Of a stretch of 64,000 nucleotides of DNA, positions 29,738 to 45,573 are shown piece by piece. This stretch comes from the human T2T-CHM13v2.0 reference genome, Homo sapiens. The stretch is taken from NCBI RefSeq assembly GCF_009914755.1, contig NC_060927.1; one strand, given 5' to 3'. The position numbers and the translations under genes were made by a program. Numbering within the stretch: position 1 is the stretch's first letter; the number at the start of each line of letters is the position of its first letter. The notes under the pieces were generated by a model. The model was not told where the DNA came from and did no database searches. It saw only the letters and a list, made by a program, of their open reading frames with translations.

Positions 29738-32011
29738 CTACTTACCTCATTGTCCTGATCACATAGTTGAAGGACTGGGTGAAGGCTCAAAGACCCAATC
29801 CAGCACATCCCTGGGGTGATCTCTACAGTAGCAGATGTAGGGAGCTGCCCTCCCTTAAGAGACCTCTGCATGCACAGTGACACTTTATAGGCTCTGATGA
29901 GGTCTGCAAAAAGGTCCCCATTTAACTGAGGTTAAGCCAGCACTGGCCAAACAAATTTGACAACAAACCCCACTTTTTCCTGCCATACCTAATCATGTAA
30001 GGAGGAAACCATATTCTAAGTAGCAGACTGTGGGAATGCTGATGGGATCTCCAAGAAGACACCTTAGAGAGATGTCGCCTTGCCCAGGGTCACAGAGCCC
30101 AAGGTCAGAGGAGTTTGCAAACCTTGGGCTCTTGCTCTCCCTTATGTTGGGTTTCTGGCTTCTCAAGGTCAGCAGCTAAACCTCTGGAGGGTGGGGGAAG
30201 CAGAGCAGGTCCCAAACAGCCTTTTGGACAGTGAACAAAGCTACTAAAAATCAGTGACCAAAACAGCCCTGGCCTAATGCCAAGATGGGAGCTGATAAGT
30301 GGATCAAGGAGAAGAGAGCAGCTAAGAGCAAGCAGCGAAACCACCACGTCTAATGGGGAGGGCTTCGAGCACTATACAAACCAGCCTAACCCTGCAGCAT
30401 GAAAACTGCCTGCAGCGCTGGGGCAAATTGCAATTCTGGGTCAAGTCCTTCATGTTGCCATCTACAAATCACTCTGTCTTCTAGCCAATTCAGTCCACCA
30501 GAGCCACACACGGGGAGGGCCTGGGCCGGATGTCAGGCATCACTGCACCAGACAAGGCCCTTCCCTCCAGGAGAGTAAAGCCTAGCAGAACCGGCAAGGA
30601 GGAGGTGCTCAACACATACGGAAGAGGTGAGCAAGCCAGGGGAGATTTTTGTTTTGGAAAAAGAGACATATATGTATATAATCCGTGCCTGGAAGACTCT
30701 GCAGGGAATGCCTAATCCCTTGTTTGAGCATTTTCCCAAAGTGCTGAGGGCCACTGAGTAATGGGATGTTTGTTGACTGACTGACCAAATGAATGAATGA
30801 ATAAATGACCTAAATTAAATCTTCCCATTTCTCCAGCATAAGTGAAGTCCTTACTATCCAACCATTTCACCACAGGTCCATTCATAGGAAGAATTTACAA
30901 GAAAGACAAGGACTTTTCCCCCTCAAAATTCTCTCCTTTGCACCTGAGGAAACTGTTCAGAAATTCTGCTTCTGTTGCCACACAGCTGAGGAAACTGAGG
31001 CATAGAAATGCACTATCTGTCTGCAGTCACTGATGACCACAGAAAACTGCACTCTCCAGGGTATTTATCTTCTAGAAATCCTATACTCTTGGGCCCCTAA
31101 AGTGTAAGTTGGCATCCAGAAATAGAAGCAGCAAGAAATTACTGCTCAGTCAATAAATGCTATGCAAATAGTCCTCCTCACAATAAAGTCATTTGGTTAA
31201 AAGACAAACTGCCCATAAATCACAGTAACAAAACTGCATCTCACAAACGGAAGCACGGCCTGTGGGCAGGGATTCCAGGGAGCCCCAGTCCTTGAGGAAG
31301 TGGGGTTGGCCCAGGCTGATCTGTGGTCCTTCCAGCTGGTCGGCTTTGTCTCAGCACCTCATCTCAAGGATCCTAGGTCCACCCTATCTTGTTACTCCAC
31401 CCCTTTTACTCATTGGTCTAGAAATATTAGTAAGTACCTACTGTGTGCCAAGCACACAGTAATGAGGTAAACTGTGTAATAATGGTGAACACAAGAGGTG
31501 AGACGTAGCCCCATGAGGTTTGCAGTCCAATAGGTGAGAGAGACACTAAAAAGATAAATACATGTAAGATGAGAAATTGTGTTTACTGATTACCATTTCT
31601 GAAACATAAGTCTATCATTCTCCTGACAGAAAAGTCTTTCTAGGTTCTTCACTCTATATGCGACTAAAAATAAGCAAACAAAAACAAAAAATGCCGTCTT
31701 TACTGGGTACTGACTATATGCCAGGAGCTTTCCAATGATTAACTCAGAACATCCCCAATGACCCACTGTGGGAGATACTATTATTATCCCCACTGACCAG
31801 CATAGATTCATGGGTTTCCACTTAACCACCGCTCAGATGTGTGCAACTACCTCTCCCCCATAGATGCCAGACTCCAAATTCCCTAAGAATTCATATCTTA
31901 CCCATCTTTTTGTCACTTGTGCATACAATAGTATTCAATCAATGCCCACCAAATGAACAATCAATTAATCGTTCAATGGGCTAGTTTTCTGCAAGATAGT
32001 ACCTGCTGAAT

Positions 32012-32051
32012 CAGTACTTTGGGAGGCTGAGGTGGATGGATCACGTGAGGC
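32012..32051 (+). mobile_element. Isolated 40-bp internal Alu fragment
   Basis: CAGTACTTTGGGAGGCTGAGGTGGATGGATCACGTGAGGC; no tail. Confidence 0.8.
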
Positions 32052-33339
32052 AGTTTTGGAAGAAAGGATCAGTCTCCTAATAATTGCACAAGAGGTAGCT
32101 GTGATGCTGTGGAAAGAGCCAGAGCCAGACCCTGGAGATGTGGGAGCATGAACTTGGCAATCATTTCATCACTCTAGGTCTGTTTGCTTAAAACTGTAAT
32201 GCAGAGTTAAACACAATGAATCTATGATTTCTTCTGGCTCTAAATTTTTATGTCTCTGAAATATATACTAAAAGATGGGGGCTGAGAAAGGCATTTGAAA
32301 TTGCACTCTGTCTGCAATTTCTTGATCTTAGAATAAGACCTAAAGTCAAACATTTTAGGGTAGGTTGACTGATTAGGGGAGGGCAAGTGAAGTACTTCCT
32401 CTCCCTGCACAGCTCAGTTTATGCACTCCCCATAAGGAAGTATATGTAATCCCCATGACAAATATGCTCAACTTGTAAAACCCCTTTGCAGAGAAACATT
32501 TTGGATGGGCATGGGTGAGGCTGCCATCCCTAACGGTACCCAAGAACAGTGGTACTGGTGATATGCAGGAGCCCCTGTTCATATGCTGGACAGGGACAAA
32601 GCCATCACTTTCAACTCTGCTCTCCCCTGGAAATACCACAGATTCTGAATAACAACTGAGTGTGGTCAAAGCAACTGCAAACATGGGCGTGATGGCCCCA
32701 AAGCCATGCTCATTAAACAGAACTCAGCACTCAACAAATGTGGGTCTGTTTGTTACTCCAAGTGAGAGCACTGGGTAGAAACCAGGGATCCATGGTGAGC
32801 AAAGTTTTGCTGGTTTCCTTTTACTCTTTGGGTTGGTTTTGAATACGTTTCTGTCTGTTACCTAATGGCCACAAAATGGGGAGAAACAACACAACTTCCT
32901 ACCTTAGAGGACCACTGTGAGAATTAAATGAGATAAACAGGCCAAGTGATCCACGCAGAGGCTGACATAGTAAATTCTCAAACTGTTGCCAATGCTGATG
33001 GCATCAGTGATGGTAGTGGTGGATATAAAAGTAGGGAAATCCAGCTGAGGGCTCTTTGAAGCCCCTAGGGTTAGAAGGAGAAGCAGATGATCCCGGGCTG
33101 GACTCTCCTGGGGGAGTATAAGTATACTCCTTGGATGCTTCTCAGAAGAGAAAACAACGTAGCAACCACTCCTGGGAAGGGCCAGGCTCCCCAGATGCCC
33201 TGGGGCCCTGGGACTCTGGATAGGTGGATGGGTCCCTGTGGGGACAGAGGCTTATGGCACCATCAGGAGATGAAGCTAGGCAACAGAGTCCTAAGAAGAT
33301 GAACAACCTCAGAGTTCAGAGGAGGCAGAGGAAACTACA

Positions 33340-34368
<1,029 letters not shown>

Positions 34369-34417
34369 ATTTTAATTATTGACATTACATTAAAAGTTTT
34401 TAATTATCTAATGTACT

Positions 34418-34580
34418 TATTTATTTTAGAGATGGGAGTCTTGCTATGTTGCCCAGGCTGGAGTGCAGTGGCTATTCACAAGTGCAATTGTAGTGCACTT
34501 CAGCCTTAAACTCCTAGGCTGAGGCAATCCTCTTGCCTCAGCCTCCTGAGGAGCTGGGATTACAGGCACACACTACCACA
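34418..34580 (-). mobile_element. Alu monomer (FRAM/FAM-like)
   Basis: GAGTGCAGTGGCTATTCACAAG. Confidence 0.8.
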
Positions 34581-34947
34581 AATGGCTTAAAAAAAAAAAA
34601 AAGGCATAAGAAAGAGGAAGAAATGGTGAGTCAAAGAGAAGACGGAGCTGCCAAGAGCTCAGGGTCTGCCTTTGCCTCCTCTTGGGGGACTGGCCACTCA
34701 CAAATGCTGGCACAACACATCCAAGCATGGGGCATAGTGTTTTGGAATGAATGTCCATAGTTTGGAATAAAATATTTAATTCTATATCACATTGGTCCTA
34801 CTTATACCAACTCTTCCTTCTAAGTCTTAGAAAAATCCCATCATACTGAATGGCATTCCTCCTCTGGCAGAGACGTGAAAGAAACATCTCTAGTAAGAAA
34901 TTAGAGATGTGGAAGAAAATATGTGAAATTTTGCTAACTCCAAATTC

Positions 34948-35248
<301 letters not shown>

Positions 35249-35376
35249 ACTATCTCCAAATTCTTGATGGCCTCTACTGACTTATGTAGGCTTAAAGGAA
35301 GCCCTCCATTTCATTTAATTGTTGCATACAGGAATTTTAAAATTTTTAATTATTTAGGTTATTTGATTATTTTTAC

Positions 35377-35438
35377 CTTTCCTTGTTTTCTTCCATTCCT
35401 CTACAGCTGCATTGATTCATTGCTGTGGAACTGTCCAT
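35377..35438 (-). CDS. ARHGEF3: First coding segment (62 nt, phase 2) of the long isoform of Rho guanine nucleotide exchange factor 3
   Basis: Reverse complement reads ATG GAC AGT TCC ACA GCA ATG AAT CAA TGC AGC TGT AGA GGA ATG GAA GAA AAC AAG GAA AG|gtaaaa = MDSSTAMNQCSCRGMEENKE(R). This matches the N-terminus I recall for the ARHGEF3 long isoform. GT donor at 35376-35375. Confidence 0.93.
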
Positions 35439-35465
35439 AGACTCAGTATGGCAGGCTCAGGTCTC
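35377..35465 (-). other. ARHGEF3: ARHGEF3 exon 2 (89 nt: 27 nt 5'UTR + 62 nt CDS)
   Basis: Acceptor ttgttttgctttttaaaaaag|GAGACCTGAG (AG at 35467-35466); donor GAAAG|gtaaaa. Confidence 0.88.
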
Positions 35466-35634
35466 CTTTTTTAAAAAGCAAAACAACCAACATTTATCAT
35501 CTAGGTACATTTATGTTATAAACACACAAAGAGCTGCATTAAATACAAGGGGAATATATCAAGGGTTACCCAGTGTCCACCAAAATCCAATATTTCCTTC
35601 TTCCATAATTATTCAAGTTTTATCAGGTACAACA

Positions 35635-35937
35635 TTTTCTTTTCTTTTCTTTTTTTGAGACAGAGTCTCGCTCTGTCACCCATGCTGCAGTGCAGTGGCA
35701 CAATCTCAGCTCACTGCAACTTCTGCCTCCCAGGGTCACACCACTCCTTTGCTCAGCCTCCCGAGTAGCTGAGTTTACAGGCACACGCCACCACACCCGG
35801 CTAATTTTTGTATTTTTAGTAAAGACAGGGTTAGACCATGTTGGCTAGGCTGGTCTTAAACTCCTGACCTCAGGTGAGCCGCCCACCTCAACCTCCCAAA
35901 GTGCTGGGATTACAGGCGTAAGCCACTGCGCTCCGCC
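35635..35937 (-). mobile_element. AluS
   Basis: TSD AGGTAC(A/C)ACATTTT. Confidence 0.9.
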
Positions 35938-35944
35938 AGGTACC

Positions 35945-36285
35945 ACATTTTCCAAGCATCCCTGCAGGGAGATATAGCCAAATATCTGGGTTCCCAGTGG
36001 AACGTGAGAAGAAGTGATGTGTGCCACTTCTCGGTCTAGGCCTTAGGATATGAGCAACCTTCCCACGGGCTGGAACCCAGCTCTGCCCATGCAGATGATG
36101 ACAATGCACTTGGAATGACAAAGCAACAAGGTAGAAACCACCTGGGCCTGTGATTGCATCTAGCACAGCCACCCCTGTCACCTTAGAATTACTACCTTAC
36201 AGAGAAATTTCTTTGTTCTTTAAGTCATTGTTTTATAGGCCCTGGTTTTATGGGTTGTGAACTGTCATCCCAGCTGGGAATATGA
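35945..36285 (+). mobile_element. Old ERVL/MaLR LTR remnant
   Basis: CCAGTGGAACGTGAGAAGAAGTGATGTGTGCCACTTCT ... TTCTTTAAGTCATTG. Confidence 0.45.
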
Positions 36286-37881
36286 TTACATGTCCTCACT
36301 GGGGCCCTTCTGCAGGTGGGTTTGGTTATTTGGAGCTTGGTACACACTATGTATGTAGAGACAGGTGAGGCCAAATTCTTTTTGGACACAATTTCAGTGA
36401 AACTACATGCAACTTCATGAGGGCCTGGTGCATAGTAAGTACTCAATCAGTACTTAATGAGTGAGGGGATGTTAATAAGCAGGTAATATCTTCCAGTGCG
36501 AAGACTCTCAAGAGCAGAGCACTGGGCACAGAATGAAGAATACAGAGGGCATCTCCAAGTATGAGCTGTGAGTTTCATGTCACAAAATGACCACCTGGAC
36601 TGGTAAAATACCATTCGGGTGCATGACGCCCAAGTTTAGGTAAGGATTCAAGCAGGTGTGCTTAGGAGCAACAGAGGCAAAGAGAAAGACAAGGGAGAGA
36701 GACAGAGACAGTGTGCACAGGAGAAGAATATTCCAGTGGCGTGGAGGATTCCTCCCACTATTTCGCTTCCTGAACATTTGCCCCAGGATGAGTCTGAGCC
36801 ATAACTCTGGGATCCTTCTTCAGTCTCAGGCATTGCATTCCTCACCACTCTGGGTGTGGTTGAGGATCAAAAGATAGATTTTCTTTGTACCACATGGCCC
36901 CAAACACAAACCTGCTGCTTCATCTAGTGTCAACCAAAGAAACAGCCATCAGTTTCAACTGTAGAACTGGCTGTGCAGATCATACTGAGGGATAGTGTAT
37001 TGGTCTCCAGCCTGTCATCGTCCAGGCACAGGGGGTGAGGGTAATTTGGACCACCCATGTTCTTCTAAGCTAGTGCTGGCTGAATGGTCCAGCACCGTTG
37101 CATCCACTACTTTGATTACTGAGAATCACAGGCCTGCTTGGCCATATCTCCAGCACAGCCTCCTCCATCTGCCCTACCACAGGCCTGGCCAGATTAAAGC
37201 ACCATTTAGATAAATTCTCCAATCTAGGTGAGCAGGACCTACAGGATACCTGGGACCCTTGTACCCCAAGGCGTTAGACAGTCAGTTTAAGGGAGAGTCC
37301 CCAGCCACTGCCTCCAGTGCTGGTCTTTAACTTGCAAAAAGCACACCATGAAATATTTTTAGCATCTGGATCCCTGTCAGGGGCCACCGCTCTGGCTTCC
37401 ATCAGAGCTAACTTCATCAGCTGAGACATGTGCATTATGGAGGGGCCCAGGCTAGGGCGAGAGTGAAAATGTGGATCCCAGAAGAAGAAAAGATGGAAGG
37501 GTGGTGGGACTTGAGTTCAGAGTCCCGGAGTTGCCACTGCATCCACAAAGGGTATGAAGAGGAATTGAGTAGCCCATACCTGGGTCACTTCTGCAGCTGT
37601 GAACACCTCAACCTACCTCATTTCGGCCTAGAAACCAAGGTTGCTCAGTGTCCCAAGCTCCTCTGCAGCATGTAACTGCTGCAAGGGACTTTACACCCAC
37701 ATTCCAAAATGATGCCAACCACAGGACTCTCCTCAAAGCCACATTTCCCAAGCAGCCATGAGGGATCAGGGCCTGCCTTTGAGGGGCCACTGGCTAGTTC
37801 TAGGTCAGAGCTTTAGGCTTTTCCTTTCCCATATTGGCAAAAATATTCTGTAGACAGGCACCAATAAACCATCACCCTTTA

Positions 37882-38336
<455 letters not shown>

Positions 38337-38746
38337 CTAGGAGGCAGGGACTGTTACCATCTCACATGAAGAATCAGAAAACTGGGCACAAAGAAGTTAA
38401 GACTTGGCAAAGGCCACACAGGTAGCAAATAATAAAGCTGAGACTGGAACCCCAGGCATTTGGCCTGGGAGTCTGTGTTTCTCCCGACTGTGGCATGACA
38501 TGCACAGGAAAGCTCGGTGGTGGCTGAATGAATGAACAAATGAATGAATAAACAAAAAATTTCAAAAGCCATTTCAGGAATCGGGTAAGGAATAGTGTCT
38601 CAATGAGGCCCCGGGGGTTGTTGGGTTGATCGTGAGCTTAACCTCATCTGCCCTGGATGTCAACCAAGAGGTGATACTCTCGGATCCCTCTCAAGGTTGA
38701 GTGTTCAGCCCCAGGAACACTCTAAACCTAGGGGTTTCATACCATT

Positions 38747-39040
38747 GTTTTGTTTGTTTTTAAGGCAGAGTCTTGCTGTTGCCCAGGCTGGAGTGCAGTG
38801 ATGTAATCATAGTTCACTACAGCCTCAAACTCCTGGGCTCAAGTGATCCTCCTGCCTTAGCCTCCCATGTTAGCTGGAACTACAGGTGCACATTACCACA
38901 CCTGGCTCATTTTTTTAATTTTTTGTAGAGATGGGGTCTTGCTATGTTGCCCAGGCTGGTCTCTAATTCCTGGCCTCAAGCAATTCTTGCACCTCAGCCT
39001 ACCAAAGAGGTGGGATTACAGGCGTCAGCCATCGCCTCAG
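38747..39040 (-). mobile_element. AluJ
   Basis: TSD ATACCATTGTT. Confidence 0.88.
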
Positions 39041-39789
39041 ACCTATACCATTGTTGGTAATGACCACAGCCACTGCTGACTCAGTGCCTCCTATTTATAG
39101 GTGGTAAGTTCAGGGCTCTCACACAGAGGCTCCTCTCATCTGCCAGGGCCCTGCAGAAAAGCCAGGATCATACCCATTTTACAGATGGCAAAACCAGAGA
39201 TCTGACAGGCTGTGACTTGCTTATAGTCGCAGCACTTAAATGAGGGCTGATGAACAGCATGGGCTTTTTCCCCACCACATAATACCCACCACATCCCTTG
39301 GTTAGTCACAAAGTTACAAAGATGAGATAAGCGCTGTTCTAACTCTTCAGATGGAAAGTTTCGTGTTAATCTAAAGTTCATCAGTATTTCCCATCCCAGT
39401 CACCTGCATGGAAGAGGAATTCCATTTCTCCCCAGCTAAAAACTCTGGCACCACCACTCCCTCGTTCCTCTCCTCAGCTGGCAGGATCAGCACCCATTGG
39501 TATTTGCTGATACCTCCTGCATCAACCTCCTGCAAAGCACAACTGCGTCCATTGGACAGAAGGTCCTGCTAATTCTTCATTTAAAAATTTCCCAGGAAGC
39601 ACCAAGTGTTGGTGAGAATGTGAAGCAACCAGCACTCTCATATACTGCTGTTGCTGGGAACATAAATTGGTCCCACCATCTTGGAAGACCGTGACAATGT
39701 CGAGTCAACCTGCATTTGCTCCTAGGTACGCACGTGCACCAAGAGACATATTCTAGAATGTCCTCAGTAGCACCATGCACAACTCCCCT

Positions 39790-40293
39790 ACATTTGTCTT
39801 TCATTGCTGCTGTAATCAATTACCACACGCTTAGTGACTTAAAACAGCACAAATGTATCTCCTCTCATAGCAATGTAGGTCAGAAATGGGTCTACATGGC
39901 CTTGCAGGGCAGCATTCCTCCTGGACGTTCTAGAGGAGACTCTGTTCTCCTGCCTTTTCCAGCTTCTAAAGGTCACTTTGCATTCCTCGGCTTGTGGCTC
40001 CTCCTCTTGTTTTCATTGCCAGCAATGGTATCTTCAAATCTCTGTCTTCTCTTTCCTCTGCTTCAATCACTACATCTCATTCTCTGAACCAGACCCTCCT
40101 ATAGGAATCCTTGTGACTACACTGGCCCCTCAAGGATGATCTCCCCATGCCAAGATCCTTAAAGTCATCACATCTGCAAAGTCCCTTTTTCCATGTAAGG
40201 TAACACAGTCCCAGGTATTACTGGTGAATGGCACCCGTGACCAGGGATTAGGTCAGAAACATCTTTTGGGAGGGCCATTATGTGACCTACCAC
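39790..40293 (-). mobile_element. MaLR solo LTR (MLT1C/D)
   Basis: TTGCTGCTGTAATCAATTACCACACGCTTAGTGACTTAAAACAGCAC ... GGGCCATTATGTGACCTACCACA. Confidence 0.8.
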
Positions 40294-40494
40294 AAACTCA
40301 AACTGGAAGCTACCCAAATGCTTATCAACAATAGAATGAATGAAATCAATGGTGGTGATTCCCAGCAATGAGAATGGATGACCTACAACCACATGCGGCA
40401 ACAAGAAAGACACTCAGAAAACAATGCTGAGCTAAAGATGCCAAACACAAGAGTGTGTGCTATCCAAGTCTGTCTACAGAAAGTACCACAACAG

Positions 40495-40803
<309 letters not shown>

Positions 40804-41489
40804 TACCAAAACAGGTAAAACCATCCCAGGCTATTAGGAGTTAGGATAGCGGTTCTAGTGGGGGAGTGGTGGCTGGAAGAGGAATGATGGGGCTTCTGGG
40901 GTGCTGGCAAAGTTCTGTTTCTTAATACAGGTATGATCCATTTGTGAAAACCATCAAGTGATACAGTTATGACCGGTGCCCTTCTCTGTGGGTATGCTGT
41001 GCTTCAATAAGATGCTTTAATAAATGGCTCTGCCTGCTTCATCCCATTTCCACTCCACAGGCCTGTGTCCTTTCACCTCTGAATGAAGCAGACCCCAGCT
41101 GACCTCCTCAACACCCACACCACCCTGCCAACCGCTGCCCACCAGACTGACCTGGAACTGATCAGCTACTGACAGTGCCCTGCTGCTGCACAGTGCCCTC
41201 CTCTGTCTCTCCTTCACTCCTTTACCTGCCTCTCACATACAGTGACCCCATCTATAACCCCATCTCCTCTCAGGCACTCCCCACTCCCCACCAACTTCTG
41301 TAAAACTTGAAATAAAAACCACATCATTTGGACTTCATTATGACTGTCATATACTGATTGCTAATAGGACCAAACACCTACTCTTATCTCCCCAAACAAA
41401 CTGCAAGTGTCTCAAAAGCAGAACATCTCAAGGTCTTGCACATTCCATTCTGTTCCTAGTTCTGATTGTATGTGAACTTCCAGTGCTAA

Positions 41490-41745
41490 TTAATAATAAC
41501 TCCTACTAATAGCAACAGCCTTTACTGAGCACCTCATATGCACCAGACTCAGTGCTCCTCGTGCATTATCTCACTTCCTCTTCTCCCACCCTATGAAGCG
41601 GGCACTATCACAATCCCTCTATTGAATAGTAGGAAACTGAGGCACAGAATGGTGAATTAACTTGTTCAAGATCCCAAAGTGTATCATGGTAGGGGAGGGA
41701 TTTGAACACACACCATCTGATTCCAGAGCCCATGCTCTTAAGCCA
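41490..41745 (-). mobile_element. MIR
   Basis: AGGAAACTGAGGCACAGA...GGATTTGAACACACACCATCTGATTCCAGAGCCCATGCTCTTAA. Confidence 0.8.
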
Positions 41746-42730
41746 GACCCCACTCTGCTTCCATAACAACCCCACCCTAATGGGGTGTTAGGCATACAGT
41801 TGGTGCTTAACAAACACTTTCACATACTTAATTACCAAAATATATATATACTAAGAAAAAAAGTACACAAACAACAAAATCAAGACTCCACCAAATAAGA
41901 TCTTTTCATCTTCAGATCTCAAAAGAGGGCATGCCCTCCAGGGAAATTTACAAAAGCTCCGTGTACTCCTTGCTCTGCCTCATGCTTGGCACTCACAGCT
42001 TTATAAACTTTTATCAGCAAACAACAGTCAGAGTTGTCCTCCAGGCTTTTATCTGAGCAGGGAGAGAGCGGGATACATTTTTTCTTGCTGTCTGCCAATC
42101 TCAGGGCCAGAGCCAACATCAGAACTAAAGGATGGTTGGATGGCTCAGGCTGGGACCACAAGGTCCCAAGCCACCCGCTCCAGATGACCTCACCTCCCCA
42201 GTGGCCAAGAAACATGACCCAGAGCCCTTGGCTAAAAACGAGGCCACCACCCCCGAGGGCTGATGTGGCCACTAAACTGAACCAGAGATAATGACATGAG
42301 CAGCCGAGACATTAGGTCAGTTACCAAACAGTGCTCTGGTCAGTGTGGACACAGCAGCGCACCTGGGCCAGCTTAGCATTGTTTCCAAGCATCCACTATC
42401 ACCCTGAGTCCACCCACGCATGGTCTTGAAGCATCTACATGGATACAAATGAAAAGTTCCTATGCCCCAGGAGGATGGGGACTACTATGAGGAGACATAC
42501 CCTATGAAAAACAACCAAACTGTCCATCGATAAGGCACTGGAGAAATAATGACTGATTGGTGTAGAATATGCAACAGCTAAAACAACAAAGCAGATCTAG
42601 ATGCACTAGCATGGGAAACACAGCTCAACTCAACATTAGAGGGGAAAAAAGCAAGAACAGAACCTAAAGTATAATGATGTTTCTAGCAAAAGAAAAACCC
42701 CACATACTTCAAGACTCCAGCTATATGAAG

Positions 42731-42935
42731 CAGTGGTGGATGAGAGCCAGCACATACTAGTTTGAGAAAGTCAATGGTGCACATCTCTTTCCAACTCTGT
42801 TCAGTCATGTCGGGGTTTGTTGGCCATGGTGGGAGTTTTACACCATGGAAATCAGAAAATGCGGCAAATCATGGCTCCCCGCTCTCCAACCTGTCCCCAA
42901 GAGCTGACTGTTAAACATGTCCCAGCATAACACTG
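42731..42935 (+). mobile_element. MER63A (hAT-Blackjack), full length
   Basis: CAGTGGTG ... GGCCATGGTGGGAGTTTTACACCATGGAAATC ... TGTTAAACATGTCCCAGCATAACACTG (terminal inverted repeats). Confidence 0.8.
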
Positions 42936-42942
42936 TATGTAC

Positions 42943-43281
<339 letters not shown>

Positions 43282-43407
43282 CATAAATATATTTTTTAAA
43301 GTTTAGAAAACACAACCTCAAAGTTATTTTTAAGTGGCTGTGTCTGAAGTGGGATATGGGACGGCTGGAAGCTAAGACAGGCTTCAGTTATATCTGTACC
43401 ACTAACA

Positions 43408-43699
43408 TTTTTTTTTTTAAGACCAAGTCTCTCTCTGTTGCCCAGGCTAGAGTGCAGTGGCGCGATCTCAGCTCACTTACAACCTCCACCTCCTGTGTTC
43501 AAGCGATTCTCCTGCCTCAGCCTCCTGAGTAGCTGGGATTACAGGCATGTGCCACCATGCCCGGCTAATTTTTGTATTTTTAGTAGAGATGGGGTTTCAC
43601 CACGTTGATTAGGCTGGTCTCGAACTCCTGACCTCGTGATCCTCCTGCCTTGGCCTCCCAAAGTGCTGGGATTACAGGCATGAGCCACAGCGCCTGGCC
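43408..43699 (-). mobile_element. AluS
   Basis: TSD CCACTA(A/G)CATTTT. Confidence 0.92.
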
Positions 43700-45244
43700 G
43701 CCACTAGCATTTTACAACACCAACACCAACAAAAATGTTTATATATGTTAGTATTACTAAAATTGTTTCAAAGTTAAAAAAAAAAAAAAAACCCTGAGCA
43801 TTACAGTATAATGTAACAAAGCTGTAATGATGGGATATACAGTTGTAAGAGGAAGAGCATCAAGTCAGCCTGAGCATATCATGGAAGGCTTCTCAGAGGA
43901 GGTGATGACTGGGCTGAGTTTTGAAGGGTGAATAAGAGCCTACCAGGTCAACAAGCCAGGGCTTCTCTGGATAAAGAACACAGCATAAGTAATTAACAAG
44001 GAGGAAAAAGAGATTACAAGAGTGAGGAGGAGGGTGACAGAAAGTATAAGGAGGGCTGGGGCAGTGCAGTGTGTCATCACAGCAGGTTGTGCACCCTTGC
44101 ATGACATGAGATCATCCATGTCCAGTGTTTAGCCAAGAAGATGTACTCAATGGTTAGTGTTAACTATTTATATTTGCATTTCTACTCCATCATCCCTGGA
44201 CGCCAAACACTATGGAGGTTATGGGAGATTGCTGGGGCAAGAATTTGGAAGTGAGGTCCCATGACCATCCTCTGAGAGACATTTTGTCAGCTCCACCACT
44301 CACATCACCCCCTTGGATTTTCCCAGAGTGCTCTGAAGATGGGCTCTGGTGCCTCCTTAGTGCCCCTGCCACACTCCTCCTTCACCCAATCACACCAATG
44401 TGTGCACATGTGTCTCCCCAACTGCACCAGGCTGTGTGGCACCCTGAGCACACAGACAAATGCAATACTTGTTGAACAAATGAACACATTCAGTGAACTG
44501 TGTACTCTTCCACTCTAATGAAAGATGATACAAACCTGCTGTGGAATCAGGACACCCGCGCCATGGAGGCATCACCACCAGCTGAAGCAATAAAGTGGTC
44601 CACTTGGGGGGGTTGGCCATTCAAGAATCACAGGAAAAGAAGGCATCAAGAGGCAAAGCTGCACAGTACCCAGCCGAGTCCGTAAGTCACTATCCCTCAA
44701 AGGAAGATGCATGCTGGGGACACAAGGACTTGTATTTCTAAACACAGTGTCAAGATACCCCAGTGATGAAATGGATGCAACAGGCTAATGACAGCATCGT
44801 ACTTGCTCCAACAAGTATTTTGAACTCCACTCCCACCAGGCAGCCTACAGGTTTGGTGCTTGCTGCCCCTGTGGCTTAATTACATGGATAGACTGAGTAC
44901 CAGTTCCAGTTTTCACTGCTTATGTACAGGCTGGTACTGTGGGCATGGTCTCCATCACATGTTCATTTGGGGAGGTTTGGGGAGAAGGTTAGTCAGTCCT
45001 CAAGGTCATATCACAAGTCTCTAGTCTTCCCAGTTGAAAATCAGATCCCAGATCCCAGGATACGAGGCTTGGTGGGGATACCACAAGCGGTCAACCCCTG
45101 CCTGGTTCCAGGATGCCTATCTTTAGGCCAAAAGGTATTCCAATTTCAACCAGGGCATCTCATCTTTTATTATGATTTATATGCTAGGGTTCTTGGAGGA
45201 GTTCTCATACTGTCAAATGGTTCCAATGGAACAAAAAAGTTTTA

Positions 45245-45573
<329 letters not shown>

